Assembly: GCF_009914755.1 (NCBI RefSeq)
Contig: NC_060946.1
DNA from: the human T2T-CHM13v2.0 reference genome, Homo sapiens
DNA: 64,000 nucleotides
Reading direction: 5' to 3' (one strand)
In this document: positions 1 to 19,323 of the stretch, piece after piece
Layout of the letters: every line of letters starts with the position of its first letter
Position numbering within the stretch: position 1 is the first letter of the stretch
Notes under the pieces: generated by a model
The model's input: only the letters and a program-made list of their open reading frames with translations
What the model was told of the DNA's origin: nothing
Databases searched by the model: none
Made by a program: the position numbers and the translations under genes

Positions 1-215
1 AGTCGGGTTCCAGAGTCCAAACTCTTAACCACAACACAGTTTGAGTGTCTTACTCTGATTTAGCTCCACCATTTACCGGGTGAGAGATCTCAGGCAAGTC
101 ATCTAACCTCACTGCGCCTCATCTTTCAAGTGGGCCTCATACGGGTAACTCTGTAAGATTGTCATGAGGATTGAAGGCGATCATGCCATGACACATATTA
201 TGAAGCGGACTCCTG
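1..215. mobile_element. MIR fragments
   Basis: MIR-core-like text 'caggcaagtcatctaacctcactgcgcctc...gtcatgaggattgaa'; degenerate, matched by eye. Confidence 0.5.
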
Positions 216-2640
216 AGAAATCAGTTCTCTCCCACTTTTCCCATATCCCAATATAAGTGAGGTTTTTAGCCAAACCCCTTGACCTCTTTTACTACTGGGA
301 ATGATCTATATGCCCTGCTGGATTTTCTTGCCTGCCTGTGCCTAAGCATTTGGACCTCATAAAAGCTTACAAAAATGGCCTGGAGACAAGCATTAAAGGA
401 AAGCAACTGCACACGGAGCTGAGTGGGGCAGCGCAGCAGAGATGGTCCACACGGCTCCTGGCGTGCAGATGAATACTGCATGAGCAGAGGCTGGGCCAGC
501 CAGGCCCTGCCAGGACGTGCCACAACTGACAGCCCGTGACAGCACCTAGATCCATGTGCCGCACCAACAGGCCCAGATGACAGGCCTGGGAGGCTGCAGG
601 CAGAGCCAGGAGCACCTGTGCCTCTGAGCCTGCGTGTGTGTAAGTGCTGTAGGGGGACAAAGAGGGGCAGGCAGGTGAAAGTGACAGGCAGTCATTCCCA
701 CCAATGGTGGGATATCAGACTGCCTAAAATATTGTCTATAGCAAGGTAAATTTTTAAATTCCTACAGAAGGAATTGTTGCAAAATTCTTTTACTGTGAAG
801 AATTTAATTTCAAGTCAAGACGTACAGATACACACTAGTTTATTTTGAAGATAAATCCACGTTTCCATACATCAATTTTGCCTGAAGGGTAAGAGACACC
901 TTAAAGCCATGAACCCTTCCCCTGGGCTGGTGGTCATGCACAGAAGGAACTTGTCATAAGCAGCATGTAAAAGTGTCCTTCATGTTAGCCAGTCAGCTAT
1001 ATTAATACAGCAGGAAGCAGAGATCAGGTGTTTAACTCATTTATAGAAGACATAAGTAATTTCTATTTGAATGGACCTGATCAAATGGAACCAAAGGTCT
1101 TAGAAAATAAAAGGTTAAAACCCAAGCAAAACGGTATCTCACTCATCATATCCAGTAGTAAGAAGTCCTATTAGGCCTTTTCCCACAACACGTCAGCTTC
1201 CAAATACAGCACATGACAAAGAAATACTTCAGGGAGATGGAGGAATGGGGGGCTCGCTACTGTGCTGGCTAATGACATTATTACAAGGCTCCAACCAGCT
1301 TCGAGGCCGTGGTAGACACAGCACCGTGGTCCTAGGGTTAGAAAGGAGCCGTAGAAGCAGCATGAACAATCTAATGCCCAGAGCATGGATGAGGCGCCTC
1401 CATGCCCAGGACTGCTCCCACCCACCGTTGCTAGAGCACCTAGGAAAGGGCACAGACTGCAAAACCCTCCTCTAGGAAGGGCTGCCCAGTCCACTTGGGG
1501 CACCTATATCTCTCGATGAGTAGCTGGGCAAGGACAAGCACATTGAGAGCACCAGCTCCAAAGTGGTGACGGGCCCAAGGGCAGCCTGCAGGCAAGGGAA
1601 ATGGTCCCAGCCTTTCCTGCAGCCAAAGTGCAGGGCTGGTCCTCAGGAAGGAGTTGCAAAATGATCCTGTTTGCAAAACACAAACATTCCACAAACAGCA
1701 GACACAGGGGGTAGGCAAATTCTAGAAATTCTCAATCTTATGTGCAAGAAATAAAACCAAATCAAGAATATTTTACTAGTTGGCATAAATTTGCTTAGCA
1801 CTCTACGTCCAGGGCTTCCTGGCCAGTTAAATCCAGGTTACTGCACTTGCATGGCTGACAATGCATCCAACCCCTTAGAAATATCAACCTCTTGCAGACA
1901 CAGGCTGTCTTACCACGTGGCACTTACATACAACAGATGCTCAATAAATGTGCTGAAAAAAGTCAGTGTGTAAAGGATTCCTGAAGTAGGAATCCCCCCT
2001 GCTCCCTGGCTCCCTGAGGGTGGTTGAGGCCCAGGGGCTTGTTTGTATCCCCACCCCTCACTAGGGCCTAGCACGGTGCTCACTAAACCCGGAGGCCGCC
2101 AATTCAAGCTACCACCTGTGAATTTCTTCCCTGCCTCATACTGTCTTTTTCTGCCCCATTCCTCTTCCTTTTGCTCCCTGAACATTTATCTCACGGGATT
2201 TGGAGTCATTAGCTATGCAAATTATTGGGTTTATGGCCCTTTACCTCACTGGAACAGCTTCCCTGCTGTAAAATGGGGTGAAAGGACTCTACCTGAAGAC
2301 TAGAAATGATGTGTGCGCAGTCTGGCCACGGTAAGGCGAAGCGATCACTGTTATGACTTTCTTATATAATTGTCCACAGGCCCCACTGTCTAAAGGTACT
2401 TAGAATACCAAAAGCAGAAAGTTTATTTGTTTTTCCTACCCAGGCAAGGGTGGTTTTGAGAAAGCCTATCTGTTTTGGAAAGAAACTGACCCAAGCCCAT
2501 GTCACTAGTTAAAATATTTCCTTTTTCCTTTTTCACAGGGAAATGAATGACTCTGACTACTCATGGCCAAACTGGGTAAAAGGTTCTGTTCCATAAGTTC
2601 ATGTGCCAATTATACACAGTGATTAGGATTCCCAGATGGC

Positions 2641-2810
2641 TTTTTTTTTTAATTTTACTTTAAGTTCCGGGATACATGTGCAGAACGTGCAGGTTTGTTA
2701 CATAGGTATACATGTGCCATGGTGGTTTGCTGCACCTGTCAACCTGTCATCTAGGTTTGAAGCCCCGCATGCATTAGGTATTTGTCCTAATGCTCTCCCT
2801 CCACTTGCCT
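2641..2810 (-). mobile_element. L1PA 3'-end fragment
   Basis: Poly-T followed by 'ttaagttccgggatacatgtgcagaacgtgcaggtttgttacataggtatacatgtgccatggtggtttgctgcacc', the reverse complement of a primate L1 3' UTR end. Confidence 0.9.
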
Positions 2811-3833
2811 TCCTCCACCCCTGGCCCAGCTCATTCTCTTAAAAGAATCATCACAAAGGAGTTTAGCTGGGGCAATAATGGATCTGCTTGGGTTCCACAA
2901 CTTGGGAATCAGAAGGAAGAGAAGGGCTTCTTCATCTTTTCCAGGAGCAGGGCAGCCCTCAGCACTCTCTGGATTCCCAAGGCACAGCCCCCAGGTTCCT
3001 GAACACACAGTGTCTTAAGTGCCCCCCGGGAAGCCCCCCTGCGCCCACACTCTCCTCCCAGTGCTTCAGAATTACCTCCTGACTCTGCCCCCTGAGAAGC
3101 AGGCCAGGAATATTTCAAGGAATATGCCAACTAACCTCAATGCACCTCTCCTGGCACTTCAGAGAGAGAACTCAAGAGTGAAGAGAGGGAAATATGGAGG
3201 AGGGGTCTGAAGACAGGAAGCGGTGACCCCCCAGGACGGAGGTAACCCCGTGGAATATGCCCAAGTCAGTTGCCCTCAACTGGTCTGTGACACCACAAGT
3301 CCAAAACCCAATGCCTTCATCTAAATCCTGACGCCACCACTTGTTTTAGCCCTCTGTGCCCCACTTCCTAGTGTGAAAAGCAGGGATCATAACAGCACCC
3401 CGTCTGTCCGCTGTGGTGAGGACTGAGCGCGTTAAGACACGTGGGCACTCAGGACAGTGTGGCATGGCCAACAGTCTCTAAGCATCTCTGATGCTGCCAT
3501 CGCTGCTGTGCTCATCAGCGCCAGGTGCTGTTCTCCCACCCCTGTCCCTGTCCCATCACAGCCTGACAATTCTCAGCCACAACAAGGAGCTTTGTTGGTG
3601 GAGGAGGGAGGAATATGGCTAGAACCTCTGTAAGCTGACTTTCTGTGGGCTGGGGACAGTCCACGCTAAAGGGTAGCTGCCATTCCCCTGGGGGCTCCAG
3701 GTGCCAGGAGTGAGCACTCTGCATCTTCCCCCTGACCAAGCTGCTCCTCCTCTCTTGGCTTCCAACACTGGCACTGGCCTCCCGGGACCCATGCTACCTC
3801 CAGACTTCAACTGGCAACAGAAAAGAGACAGAG

Positions 3834-4132
3834 GGCTGGGTGCAGTGGGGTGCCTGTAATCCCAGCACTTTGCAGGGATCACCTGAGCCCAGCAGTTCAA
3901 GACCAGACTGGGCAACACAGAGAGAGCTTGTCTCTCCACAAAATTTAAAAATTAGTCGGGTGTGGTGGTGTGGGCCTGTAGTCCCAGCTACTCAGGAGGC
4001 TGAGGTTGGGGGATGGCCTGGCCCGGGAGGTCAAGGCTGCAGTGAGCCGAGATCATGCCACTCCAGCTGGGGCCACTCCAGCCGGGGCCACAGAGTAAGA
4101 CTCTGTCTCAAAAAAAAAAAAGAAAAAAAAAG
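3834..4132 (+). mobile_element. Alu (J-like) with a left-arm deletion and a small internal duplication
   Basis: Dimeric Alu with A-tail; 'ccactccagctggggccactccagccgggg' is duplicated. Confidence 0.9.
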
Positions 4133-4245
4133 AAGCATGGGCAGGAGAGAAGAGAAGCCTGGGACCCACTAAGGTTTATTTCGCCTTTACACAGGAAAAG
4201 TCAATAAAAGCCACTAGTTAACCACAAGGCTGTGCTGTCCATCCC

Positions 4246-4301
4246 TCTCCTGCCAGAGTTAACCAGACCGAATCTCCTGCCAGAGTTAACCAGACTGAAT
4301 C
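4246..4301. repeat. 27-bp tandem duplication
   Basis: tctcctgccagagttaaccagac(c/t)gaa occurs twice with one mismatch. Confidence 0.95.
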
Positions 4302-4570
4302 CTTCAACAGATATACAATTCAACAGACACCTGCAGACGTGCCTAATGCAGGAAGACTCCTCACTAGATTCCCTCACACATAACACACATGCACTCTGAG
4401 CTGGGCGCTAGAGAGACACGGCCTAACAGAACACGAAAAAGATACTGTTGTCCTTGCCAAGGTCCTCACTACTTAGCAGAAGCTCTTGCCCTTCCGCTTC
4501 CACCTTTCATCAAGGTATAAGCCAACAGTCTCACTTCTTCTCTCTTCTTTAATCTGATTTCTGTCCTCCC

Positions 4571-6220
<1,650 letters not shown>

Positions 6221-6438
6221 TCAGCTCTGCCACCTAAAGCAGAAACTGAGGGCCTTATTCACCGCACAGACTTTAGCCCAAGTGCCATGCCTCCAGTTTC
6301 ACAGTTTCACCAGCAGCTCAAGCAAAATGGCCTGGACACTAAAGATGGCCTCTGGGTCAGAGTATCACTCATTTCCTCTGTCCACAAACCACTTTGATTC
6401 TCTTTGATTCTCTCTGTCCCTCATCTCCCCATCTAGTC

Positions 6439-6752
<314 letters not shown>

Positions 6753-7019
6753 CATCTGGTCTTATTAAATACTTCATTCTCTGCAAATGCAGATGTTTTC
6801 TCAGCTCTGATTATTTTTTCTAAAGTAATGACCCCCCACCTGGCTAGATGAATGCTTCTAGCAAAGGAAAAGACCAGAATGTGAAAATTGTACTGCAATA
6901 GAACATAAAGCCCGTCCAACCCCACCTCCCATCAGACCTGGGGTGGTGGCAGCAGCAGGCGTCAGGGCTCTCAGGCCTGCCCATTAGTCATCCCTAAGGC
7001 CCGTTAGCACACGGGTTAG

Positions 7020-7255
7020 GAGGAGCACACACTCTGGAATCAGAAAGCCCAGGATTGAACCCAGCCCTGCTTTCAGTCAAGGCTTTGTCACTCACTATCA
7101 CTCCCTTGACCTAGGACCTCACAAAACCTTGTCATCCGTAAAACTGGGGATGATAAGTTCTACCTTGAATGTTGTTGTGAGGAATAAATGAGGTAATGTC
7201 TATGCAGCACCTAGCACAGATTCCTGCAGATAAACACTCAATAAATGTTAACTAT
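7020..7255 (+). mobile_element. MIR
   Basis: 'catccgtaaaactggggatgataa...gttgtgaggaataaatgaggtaatg...cactcaataaatgtta' matches the MIR core and 3' end. Confidence 0.75.
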
Positions 7256-7407
7256 CATCCACTACCTAGTCATCAGAAAAGCACAATGATCTGGTATCTT
7301 TAAGTCCTTCCGCTTCCAAAAAAAAAAAGAAAAGAAAAAAGAAAAAGATGTGTGGATTTTTTCCCCCTAAAGGTCTCAGTGAAGTGAAACTTAAGAAGGA
7401 AAACCTG

Positions 7408-7718
7408 GGCCGGGTGTGGTGGCTTACGCCTGTAATCTCAGCACTTTGGAAGGCCAAGGAGGGTGAATGAATCACCTGAGGTCAGGAGTTCGAGACCAGC
7501 CTGACCAACACGGTGAAACCCTGTCTCTACTAAAAAATACAAAAAATTAGCAGGGCGTGGTGGCAGGTGCCTGTAGTCCCAGCTACTTGAGAGGCTGAGG
7601 CAGAAGAATCGCTCGAACCCAGGAGGCAGAGTGCATGAGCCAAGACTGCGCCATTGCACTCCAGACTGGGCGCGACAGAGCAAGAGACTCCGTCTCAAAA
7701 AAAGAAGAAGAAGAAGAA
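7408..7718 (+). mobile_element. Alu (S-like) with a (GAA)n tail
   Basis: Alu consensus. Confidence 0.95.
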
Positions 7719-7765
7719 CCCAATTCAAATCAAAAAAAGAAGAAGAAGAAGAACCCAATTCAAAT
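7696..7765. repeat. Exact 35-bp tandem duplication spanning the Alu tail and flank
   Basis: caaaaaaagaagaagaagaagaacccaattcaaat occurs twice. Confidence 0.97.
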
Positions 7766-7964
7766 CCCAGTTCAGGGACCAACTCATTTGCAACTTAAAG
7801 CAAATCATGTTACCTCCATTTCTTTGCCTATAAAATGGGAATAATAGACTCTATTAAACTTTAACGACTTCAGAGACAATTAAGAATCAATGAGATAACA
7901 GGTCATGAAAAAGCTTTCACTTCCTCAAGTAAAAAGCAACTAAGTAGTAAATCCAGAGCATAAT

Positions 7965-8277
7965 AATAATAATAATTATTATTATTTTTTTTTTTTTTTT
8001 GAGATGAAGTCTCGCTCTGTATCCCAGGCTGGAGAGCAGTGGCGTGATCTTGGCTCACTGCAACCTCCACCTCCCAATTCCCGGTTAAGCAATTCTCCTG
8101 CCTCAGCCTCCCCAGTAGCTGGGATTACAGGCGCGCACCACCACGCCCAGCTGGTATTTTTAGTACAAACGGGGTTTCACCACGTTGGCCAGGCTGGTCT
8201 TGAACTCCTGACCTCGTGATCCGCCCGCCTGGCCTCCCAAAGTGCTGGGATTACAGGTGTGAGCCACCGCGCCGGGC
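7965..8277 (-). mobile_element. Alu (S-like)
   Basis: Alu body flanked by TSD 'ccagagcataat'. Confidence 0.95.
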
Positions 8278-8600
8278 CCAGAGCATAATTATTATTAAAA
8301 TGCCAGGCCCCATAATATTATGGAACATAAATAAGCCAATGATGGCTCTTATTTTTTCTAGAACATTAGATTTGATGCCCTTTTCGTCTGTTCACATGGA
8401 ACCTGCTACAAGACGGAGAAGGCAAATGGCTGCTCCTAGCAGATCCCAGTTCAGAGGCACGGCCCAGCAAAGCTAGCACTCTGCCAATGGTCAGGCTTCG
8501 ACCATCTGGGCCACTTCTCAGAAGCCAGTGCCAGGAGAAATTAGGTAATTCATCTGGTTCCACCTGGACATGTGAAACCAACGACAACCAAAATCCTCAC

Positions 8601-8758
8601 CTGCAGGACTACTCGACAGATGCAGGAAAGGGTCCCCTTTGACCCTCTGCTCTTCTGTACTGAATGGTGTACCACTCTTCCAGGGCATGTGCCATCCTTC
8701 CTTTAAAGGGCAACACATGATCCAGGAAGAAGAGCTCAATTTTTCCTTATTTTTACTT
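8601..8758 (-). other. Candidate internal or cassette exon of the minus-strand gene
   Basis: On minus, acceptor 'ctcacgtcttggtcctag|' and strong donor CAG|GTGAGG; the frame is open when joined to the ATG at 10828. No transcript evidence. Confidence 0.25.
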
Positions 8759-9839
8759 CTAGGACCAAGACGTGAGTTTCATTTTTAATCTACCACAGAA
8801 ATGTCTGGAGAGCTGGAAGTTTGAGTGGGAGGAGGAATGGGGGGGACCTCATTACCCTAATTTAAAAACGGAGCATGCAACCAAAACTGCATCCAATATC
8901 ATCATCCCCAGGTCTCTCAAACCCAAGGAAGAGAGGAAAAATTTACTTTTATGTTTATTGAACATCTGCTACGTGCCAAGGACTGTGCTAAGTTCTTCAC
9001 GTACATTATTTCCAAAGCCCATTTTCTCTTCCACACCTAGTAACACCATGGAATAACCACCACGGAACAGGATCATCCCAGGTGGGGGTTTGGGGGGAGG
9101 AATTACAATATGCAGTCAAGTTTAAGACGTTTCAAATGTTAGCGCTGTAAACACAAATAAACAGCCTTGACTGAGGAACCAGGTCTGAGTTCTAAAGTAT
9201 CCTTTACAGGAGGAACACACAAACCATGTCTTTCCTATAATTATGAAATTAACTCAAGCTATTGAATACACTATAAAAGAGATTTAAAACTTCTAAACCT
9301 GGAGCACAAGAAAAACTCACTATAAGACTTGAACAATCTGGGGCTGGATTTCTGACCTGAGAAGTACATCTGGCAATCAAATATGGAATGAACGGCATCC
9401 TCTGAGAGGGCTGCAGAGATGTGCTCACGGGAGAAGGTAACCACAATGAACTGGCCTGTGTGCGGCCAGGTAACCAGAAGGCGGGGCTTTCCCGCAGGCG
9501 GCAGCGACTGTAGGAAGATGTCTTTCTCAGCTTAAAACCCAGTTCATCCTCATCCCTGGAGTACAACGACTGTCTATGGAGCAAAGTGTCAGATGGGACC
9601 AAATACACATTGGTGGCCTGATATTCAAATGTCATCCTCTCCATGCACATCCCACTAAAAACAAGCTTAGGGGAAAAAAAAAAAAAAGCTGTCCACCTGT
9701 CCACAGTTGACCTTCATTCCTCTACATCAACCCGTTTCACATAAATCACAATTAACATCTGCATTAAACACCATTAAAAGAACACAAATGTGGTTTGAAC
9801 TCTTGGACATACTTTCTCTGCATTCAGAGTCAGGAAGAC

Positions 9840-11210
9840 CAGCCAAGATACGGGGCTGGTCCCCGCCCCTTAACGGGATGCGGCACAGGGGCCTTGCCTG
9901 AGGGGCCTGCCAGACCCCTTCGTCCCGGCTACCTACTGAGCAAGCGGGGTGGCGGCTCACCAGTGCCGCATGCCAGGCGGAGGGTCTCGCTGCGGCTGGC
10001 TTTCTGCTAGGCCAGGCAAGCCCGGTTCCGTGTAGGGCTCCTCAAGATGGTTTCTTAGCTGGGAATTTCCCATGTGCCCCGGAGACCTCCAAAAGCGCGG
10101 TCCCCTCGGAAGGCAGCCAGGGAAGGGGCATCACTGAGACTAGAGGCGAAGGCGGCTGCGATCGCCCGGCCGCGCCCACCGCCCCCACAAACGGAAAGGC
10201 GCGCCGGGGTCCTCTCGGCCACCTACCTGCCAGGGTCGCAGGAGCCCACGCTTGGCGCACGCTAGCTCCAGGCCGGGGCAGCGGGACGGGGAGGCCCCGA
10301 GGGCCAGGCCGCGGAGGCAGGACCCGGCGGAGCCTCGGCCCGGAGCCTGCGGACTCCGGTAAAGACAGAGACCTCCCCCGCCCCAAAAAGCACCCCCCGA
10401 CCCCGCACCCAGAGCCGGGCTAAGCCCCCACCCTCCGCCTCCCGCCTGAAGCGGGCAGCCTCCCCGCGCTTCCCCGCGCCTGCTGCCCCGGAACTCAGGA
10501 CCAGCCGGCGCACCTGGCCACGCATCCTCCGGCGGGAGGTGACCACACGGGAACGCGAGGCGGGGGCTTCCTCGCGCCCCGCCGGCCGGACGCAGGGTTA
10601 TAAGCGCAGCCGGAAGGAGGCGCCCGCGCCGCGGCGGCTCCCGGCTTCGGCACTGCCCGGGCGGGAGGCTCGGCGCGCGTCCGCTCGCGGGGCCACCCGC
10701 TCCAGAACCGCCCGCCGGGACCAGCCCGGTGCCCGAGACCCCGAGCTCGGGCGCGAGCAGGATGCGGCTCCCCGGGGACGGTTGGCGCGGGTCGGAGTCC
10801 CGAAGCCCCGTTCTTACCTCTGCCTCATACTGCGGTGTCCCTCGGCGCCGGCGTCGCTGTGGCCGGCCAGTGCCGCCCTGTTCCGCAGCCCGAGCGTCCG
10901 GCGCGGTAGGTAGCAGCCGGAGAAGCGGCGCAGCCGGGGGATGGGCGGGCACATGGAAGGGCGGGGGTTGTGGCCCTCGGGCCGGACCACGGGACCCCAG
11001 CCTCGGGGGCGAGATATCTCAGTACACCTCGAAAACTGGCAAGCGGCCCCCGTCCTCAGGGACTCCATTGCTACTTGCACGCTCAGTCTTGCCAGAATCT
11101 CACGGGATATGTGCAAAAGGCAAAGAAATAAGCTGTCGCCACGCCCTTCGTCCTCTCCGTCCCCCCGCAGGATCCATATGGTACATTCCTCAAAGCCCAA
11201 CGGGAGACGG
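9840..11210. promoter_or_regulatory. CpG island promoter 1
   Basis: Very GC- and CpG-rich non-repeat sequence with GC boxes (e.g. gggcgggg near 10959). Confidence 0.92.
10818..10950 (-). other. Probable first exon of an unidentified minus-strand gene (start site approximate)
   Basis: Donor GAG|GTAAGA at 10818/10817 inside the CpG island; ATG at 10828 with A at -3 (ATG AGG CAG AG|); GC and CCAAT boxes upstream. Confidence 0.65.
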
Positions 11211-11217
11211 GAAAGAA

Positions 11218-11270
11218 CTGATTGGTTGGGAATCTTGGAAGGGGCGAGAAGCCACATGAAGTGGCCAATG
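11218..11270. promoter_or_regulatory. Pair of CCAAT (NF-Y) boxes
   Basis: 'ctgattggtt' (about 11218) and 'ggccaatgg' (about 11263), upstream of the minus-strand exon. Confidence 0.55.
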
Positions 11271-11327
11271 GAGAAACCCGGTGGGCATATCAAAGCCTGC
11301 CAGCGGAGAGAAGAGAGGATGTATTTA

Positions 11328-12600
<1,273 letters not shown>

Positions 12601-13108
12601 GAACTTTAGTTGAAAGTCGATAGACTTTCTGACACCTACTTTCAGCGACAGTATCAACCCCACCTTTGGTAAAGACGAATCCTGTCTTCTTTCTGGGTCC
12701 CTCATCTCTTAGAGAAGAATATTCTTCTTATGTGTGGGGCCCTCCACCTCCAAGTAGTTCATAATTTCTACTTCTCCAGGAAGCACCCCTTTCTCTTCCT
12801 TCTCCCTTCCTTCTCATAATCAGACAAAACTTCGATTAATAATTCATTCACCCAATGAGCTGTCCACAATTCCTGCCTTCAGCAACAAACCCCACTGCTC
12901 ACCCCTCCCTAGAGCTGCGAAAGTGCTCGTCCCTAACTCAGTCTGTGACAACCATTCAACCACACATGGCCAATTGTGCTTTCATCCACACTACAAGCCA
13001 AATTTCAGACTTTCTAACCACTCCTTGGGGTCTGCTCTGTTTTAGAGCTTTACACCAGCCTGCTAGGCTTACAATTTGGCTACCAAGCTTCAGCTCCATC
13101 TTCTTTAG

Positions 13109-14660
<1,552 letters not shown>

Positions 14661-15958
14661 TCATACATTTATATTATGTTTACATTTATTTCTATACCTA
14701 TAATATCATTTCAGTCTCAAAACAGTCATGTGAGGAGAGTTGGTAGAAGTCTATTCACAGATGAGGAAGGAAACTACAGCTCAGAGAGCATGACCGTTTG
14801 GCTAAGGTAGCAAGGCTGGTAAGTAACTGAGCCTGGCTTTCCACACTGCATTCTTTCCATTGCAATTCCTGCCCCCTGCGTGAACACAACCTTTTTACAT
14901 GTAACAACCAGAGAAGGAGGAAACAAATACAAAATAGCAAAACCTAAGCCACAGGGTTTAGGGAGTGTGGTACAAGGAGTGCTTACAGGGGGCCAGAAAA
15001 CAAGTCAAAGAAGACTTCTATGAAGGGTGAGATCACTGTGGACTTCTTTATACTGGTTTGTTGTTTATATTCTGCCCATGAGAGTGTGTCTTGGACACAT
15101 CTGGCAGATTCAATAGCAAAAGGCCACAAAACTGCCCCGTACCGCTGGAGTGCTGGTGGCTAGAATTAGCCCCATGTCAATGAAGAAGGGACTTCTGTGT
15201 GCAATGCTGCTGCCGACCAGTTTGGGAAAGTTCTCAACTGGCTGTTTAGCAAACTATCCTGCTCCACCGGCAGTTTTAACACTCCCCTGCAAATACAGGC
15301 TGGGCTCATTATTTCTTCTTTTTCAACTGTTGACATCCTCACAGGGTTGGAGAGCCTAGCAAAATTGTGTGGGAGCAGCAAACTTTTAATATTGATTAAG
15401 CAGCCTGAACAAGGTGATTGTGAGGCCAATACTTCTGAGTTGTTCTTTGCCAGGTCCAGCCATAGTCAATCAAGTTAATTCTCACTCCCATAGCTCTCTC
15501 TTTTCTCATCCCCAGAGAGCTCTAAAATGTCTCTGCTTATCTCAGTGCTTTCTTTATGCATTCAAACATTTATTGGGCACCCACTACAAGCAAAGAACTG
15601 GCAGCTTGTGTGGGGTTATCCTGATGGATCCGCACATGAAGTGTGTACTTAGTGCATGGGGTGATTAAATATCAGACCCCCTTCCGTAAGGAAGGAATCT
15701 GCCTGAGAACCTCAGAGAGTGCAAGTGGATCCCATCTACGGCGAAATGTAGGTGCTCACGTTGGGAAGTCTGCCCCCCTAGTAGGAGAAGGAGCACTAGG
15801 TTGAGAAATGGCCCTGGGTTGGGGAGATGGGCAGTGTCCTGCGGAGGTGGAGAGTGCCCAGAAATAACTGGACACTTAGTAAACAATAGGGAGAATCATC
15901 TAATTCAATCCGCAATGGAGCCGGTAGAAGATTTGTGGAATATGCTATCTTATTTTCA

Positions 15959-16581
<623 letters not shown>

Positions 16582-17097
16582 AATTTTCTGATTTCAAAAG
16601 TAATACATGTTCATTGTAAAAGAATTTTTTAAATAAAGTACAAAAAATAAAAATACCCATTACGTTCACCAGCATATCATTGTTACCATTTTGATGTATG
16701 TGTTTTCTTGTATTTTTCTGTGTACATGTGTCATATATCTTCTTTTTCTGTATTATCTTTTTAACAAAATTTGATCAAACTGCTTTGCAATCTACTTTTC
16801 TACTTAATAGGCTAGGAATTTTCCTATGCTATTCTACATTACTTAAAACATGATGGTTTTTTTTTTCTTTTTTAGAGTCAGGGTCTTGTTCTATTTTCCA
16901 GGCTGGAGTGCAGTGGCACAGTCATAGTTCACTGCAGCCTTGCACTCCTGGGCTCAAGTGATCCTCCCACATCAGCCTCCCAAAGTGCTAGGATTCCAGG
17001 CCTGAGCCACTATGCTCAGTTTTGTTTTTGTTTTTGACTTAAACCAGTTTTGATCAGCTATCTACCACTGGCTAGCAAAGTAAAAAATGCATGATGG

Positions 17098-17678
<581 letters not shown>

Positions 17679-18219
17679 CATGGTGCAATAGGAGCTCAGT
17701 CCATCCCTTCCAAGCATTCCAAATAGCACACCCGTGACTGCCACCAGTTCAGTTTATCATGAACCCCAAGGGCATTCAGCTTTAAGCAATCTCCAGGGAA
17801 ATCCCAAGCCATGTGTAGTCTAATGGCCCCCAGGATGCCTGGACTGGCTCAAAAGCCCATCCCATCCTATCCATTGGATGAGAGAGTCAAGAAGGAAGAA
17901 CAGAGTGGTTTAGAACAAATTGATTCCTGGGCTGCATTCATAGTCCTGTGGACCTACTGAAGACATGAAAGGCTCCATGTTCTTGCCCCTCTTCTACACG
18001 AAGGGACTGGTTTGGAACCAACTTAATCTTCTGTAGAAAAGCTAAGAAGATCCATGGATTGGGATGTCTTAGAGCTCGAAGACATCATTCTAGGTTCTGG
18101 GGTTTATTTCTAGGCTAATATCTCATAGTGAGGTTTAAGAAAATTACATATCTTTTACTTTTTAACTAATTCCAGACTGATTTGCATGTTTTCACCCTGC
18201 CAGGAAGAAGGAAATTAAG

Positions 18220-19323
18220 ATTGGGTGTGGTGGCTCCACCCGTAGTCCCAGCACTTTGGGAGGCCAAGGTGGGAGGATCACTTGAGCTGAGGAGTTTGAG
18301 GCTGAGCACCACTACACTCCAGCCTGGGCGACACAGCGAGAGGCTGTCTCTTCAAAAAAGGGAAATTAAAACGCAACTTGACAAAGTTGCAAATCTACTT
18401 CTGCATTAGTTTCTCACAATATAATGGTTCAAAATTGGGTGATTTTTCCCCTAACTGATTGGCATGTGTATGTTCAGCAGTAGCCAGAAATTCTATGCAG
18501 TGGAAACAGACAAAACCAAGATGGGACTATGCAGAAGAAATCTCTAGTTACCAAGGCACTGCAAAATAAAGTCTACAATTGCACATCACAATCATCACCA
18601 AAACAGAGATTTCTAGAGTCCTTCTGTAACTCGCAGGAAGACTCCTTCCCTAAGCCAATTTGGCCTGGATTCTTGAAAGTCTCTGGGAAACACGGCAAAT
18701 TTTATAAACAGGGTTTTTCTGGACTTATATTCTCATATTCACTACATCTAAGAAAAATTTATAAAATATATATTATATATAAAGATATATTAAAATACAC
18801 ACACACACACATTCTGTAGGACTTGATTCTTTGAACACAGGCCTTAGAGCTCTGTGCTCTGCACTAGACAGGAGTAAATGCTATACCTCTGCAGAACTAA
18901 AACAAGTAAACTTGCCCTTGTCATTGGTTCCTTTTGCAGTGAGGAGGGGAAGTCTTTCTAGTCCTACCTTCCTCCACTGCTCAGACATGTTGCTATTAAA
19001 GATAAAAGCAGTAGGCTAGGCATAGTGGCTCACGCCTGTAATCCCAGAATTTTGGGAGGCCGAGGCAGGAGGATCAGCTAAAGCCAGGAGTTTCAGACCA
19101 GCCTGGGCAACAAAGCAAGAGCCTGTTTCTATAAAAAACACAAAACTTAGCTGGGCCTGGTGGTGCATGCCTGTAGTCCCAGATACTCAGGAGGCTGAGG
19201 CAGGAGGATTGCCTGAGCCCAGGAGGTGGAGGCTGCTGCGAGCTATGATGAGGCCAACTGCACTCTTGTCTGGGTAACAGAGTGGGACCCTGTCTTTAAA
19301 AAAAGTAATAATAAAAAAAAAAA
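18220..19323 (+). mobile_element. Internally deleted Alu (18220-18358) and AluJ-like (19015-19323)
   Basis: Alu consensus; the first is flanked by 'aagg(g)aaattaa'. Confidence 0.88.

Noticed and set aside
10818-10950. Assigning a gene symbol to the minus-strand first exon
   Set aside because: At most 11 coding bases are visible and I do not recognise them; genome mapping is required.
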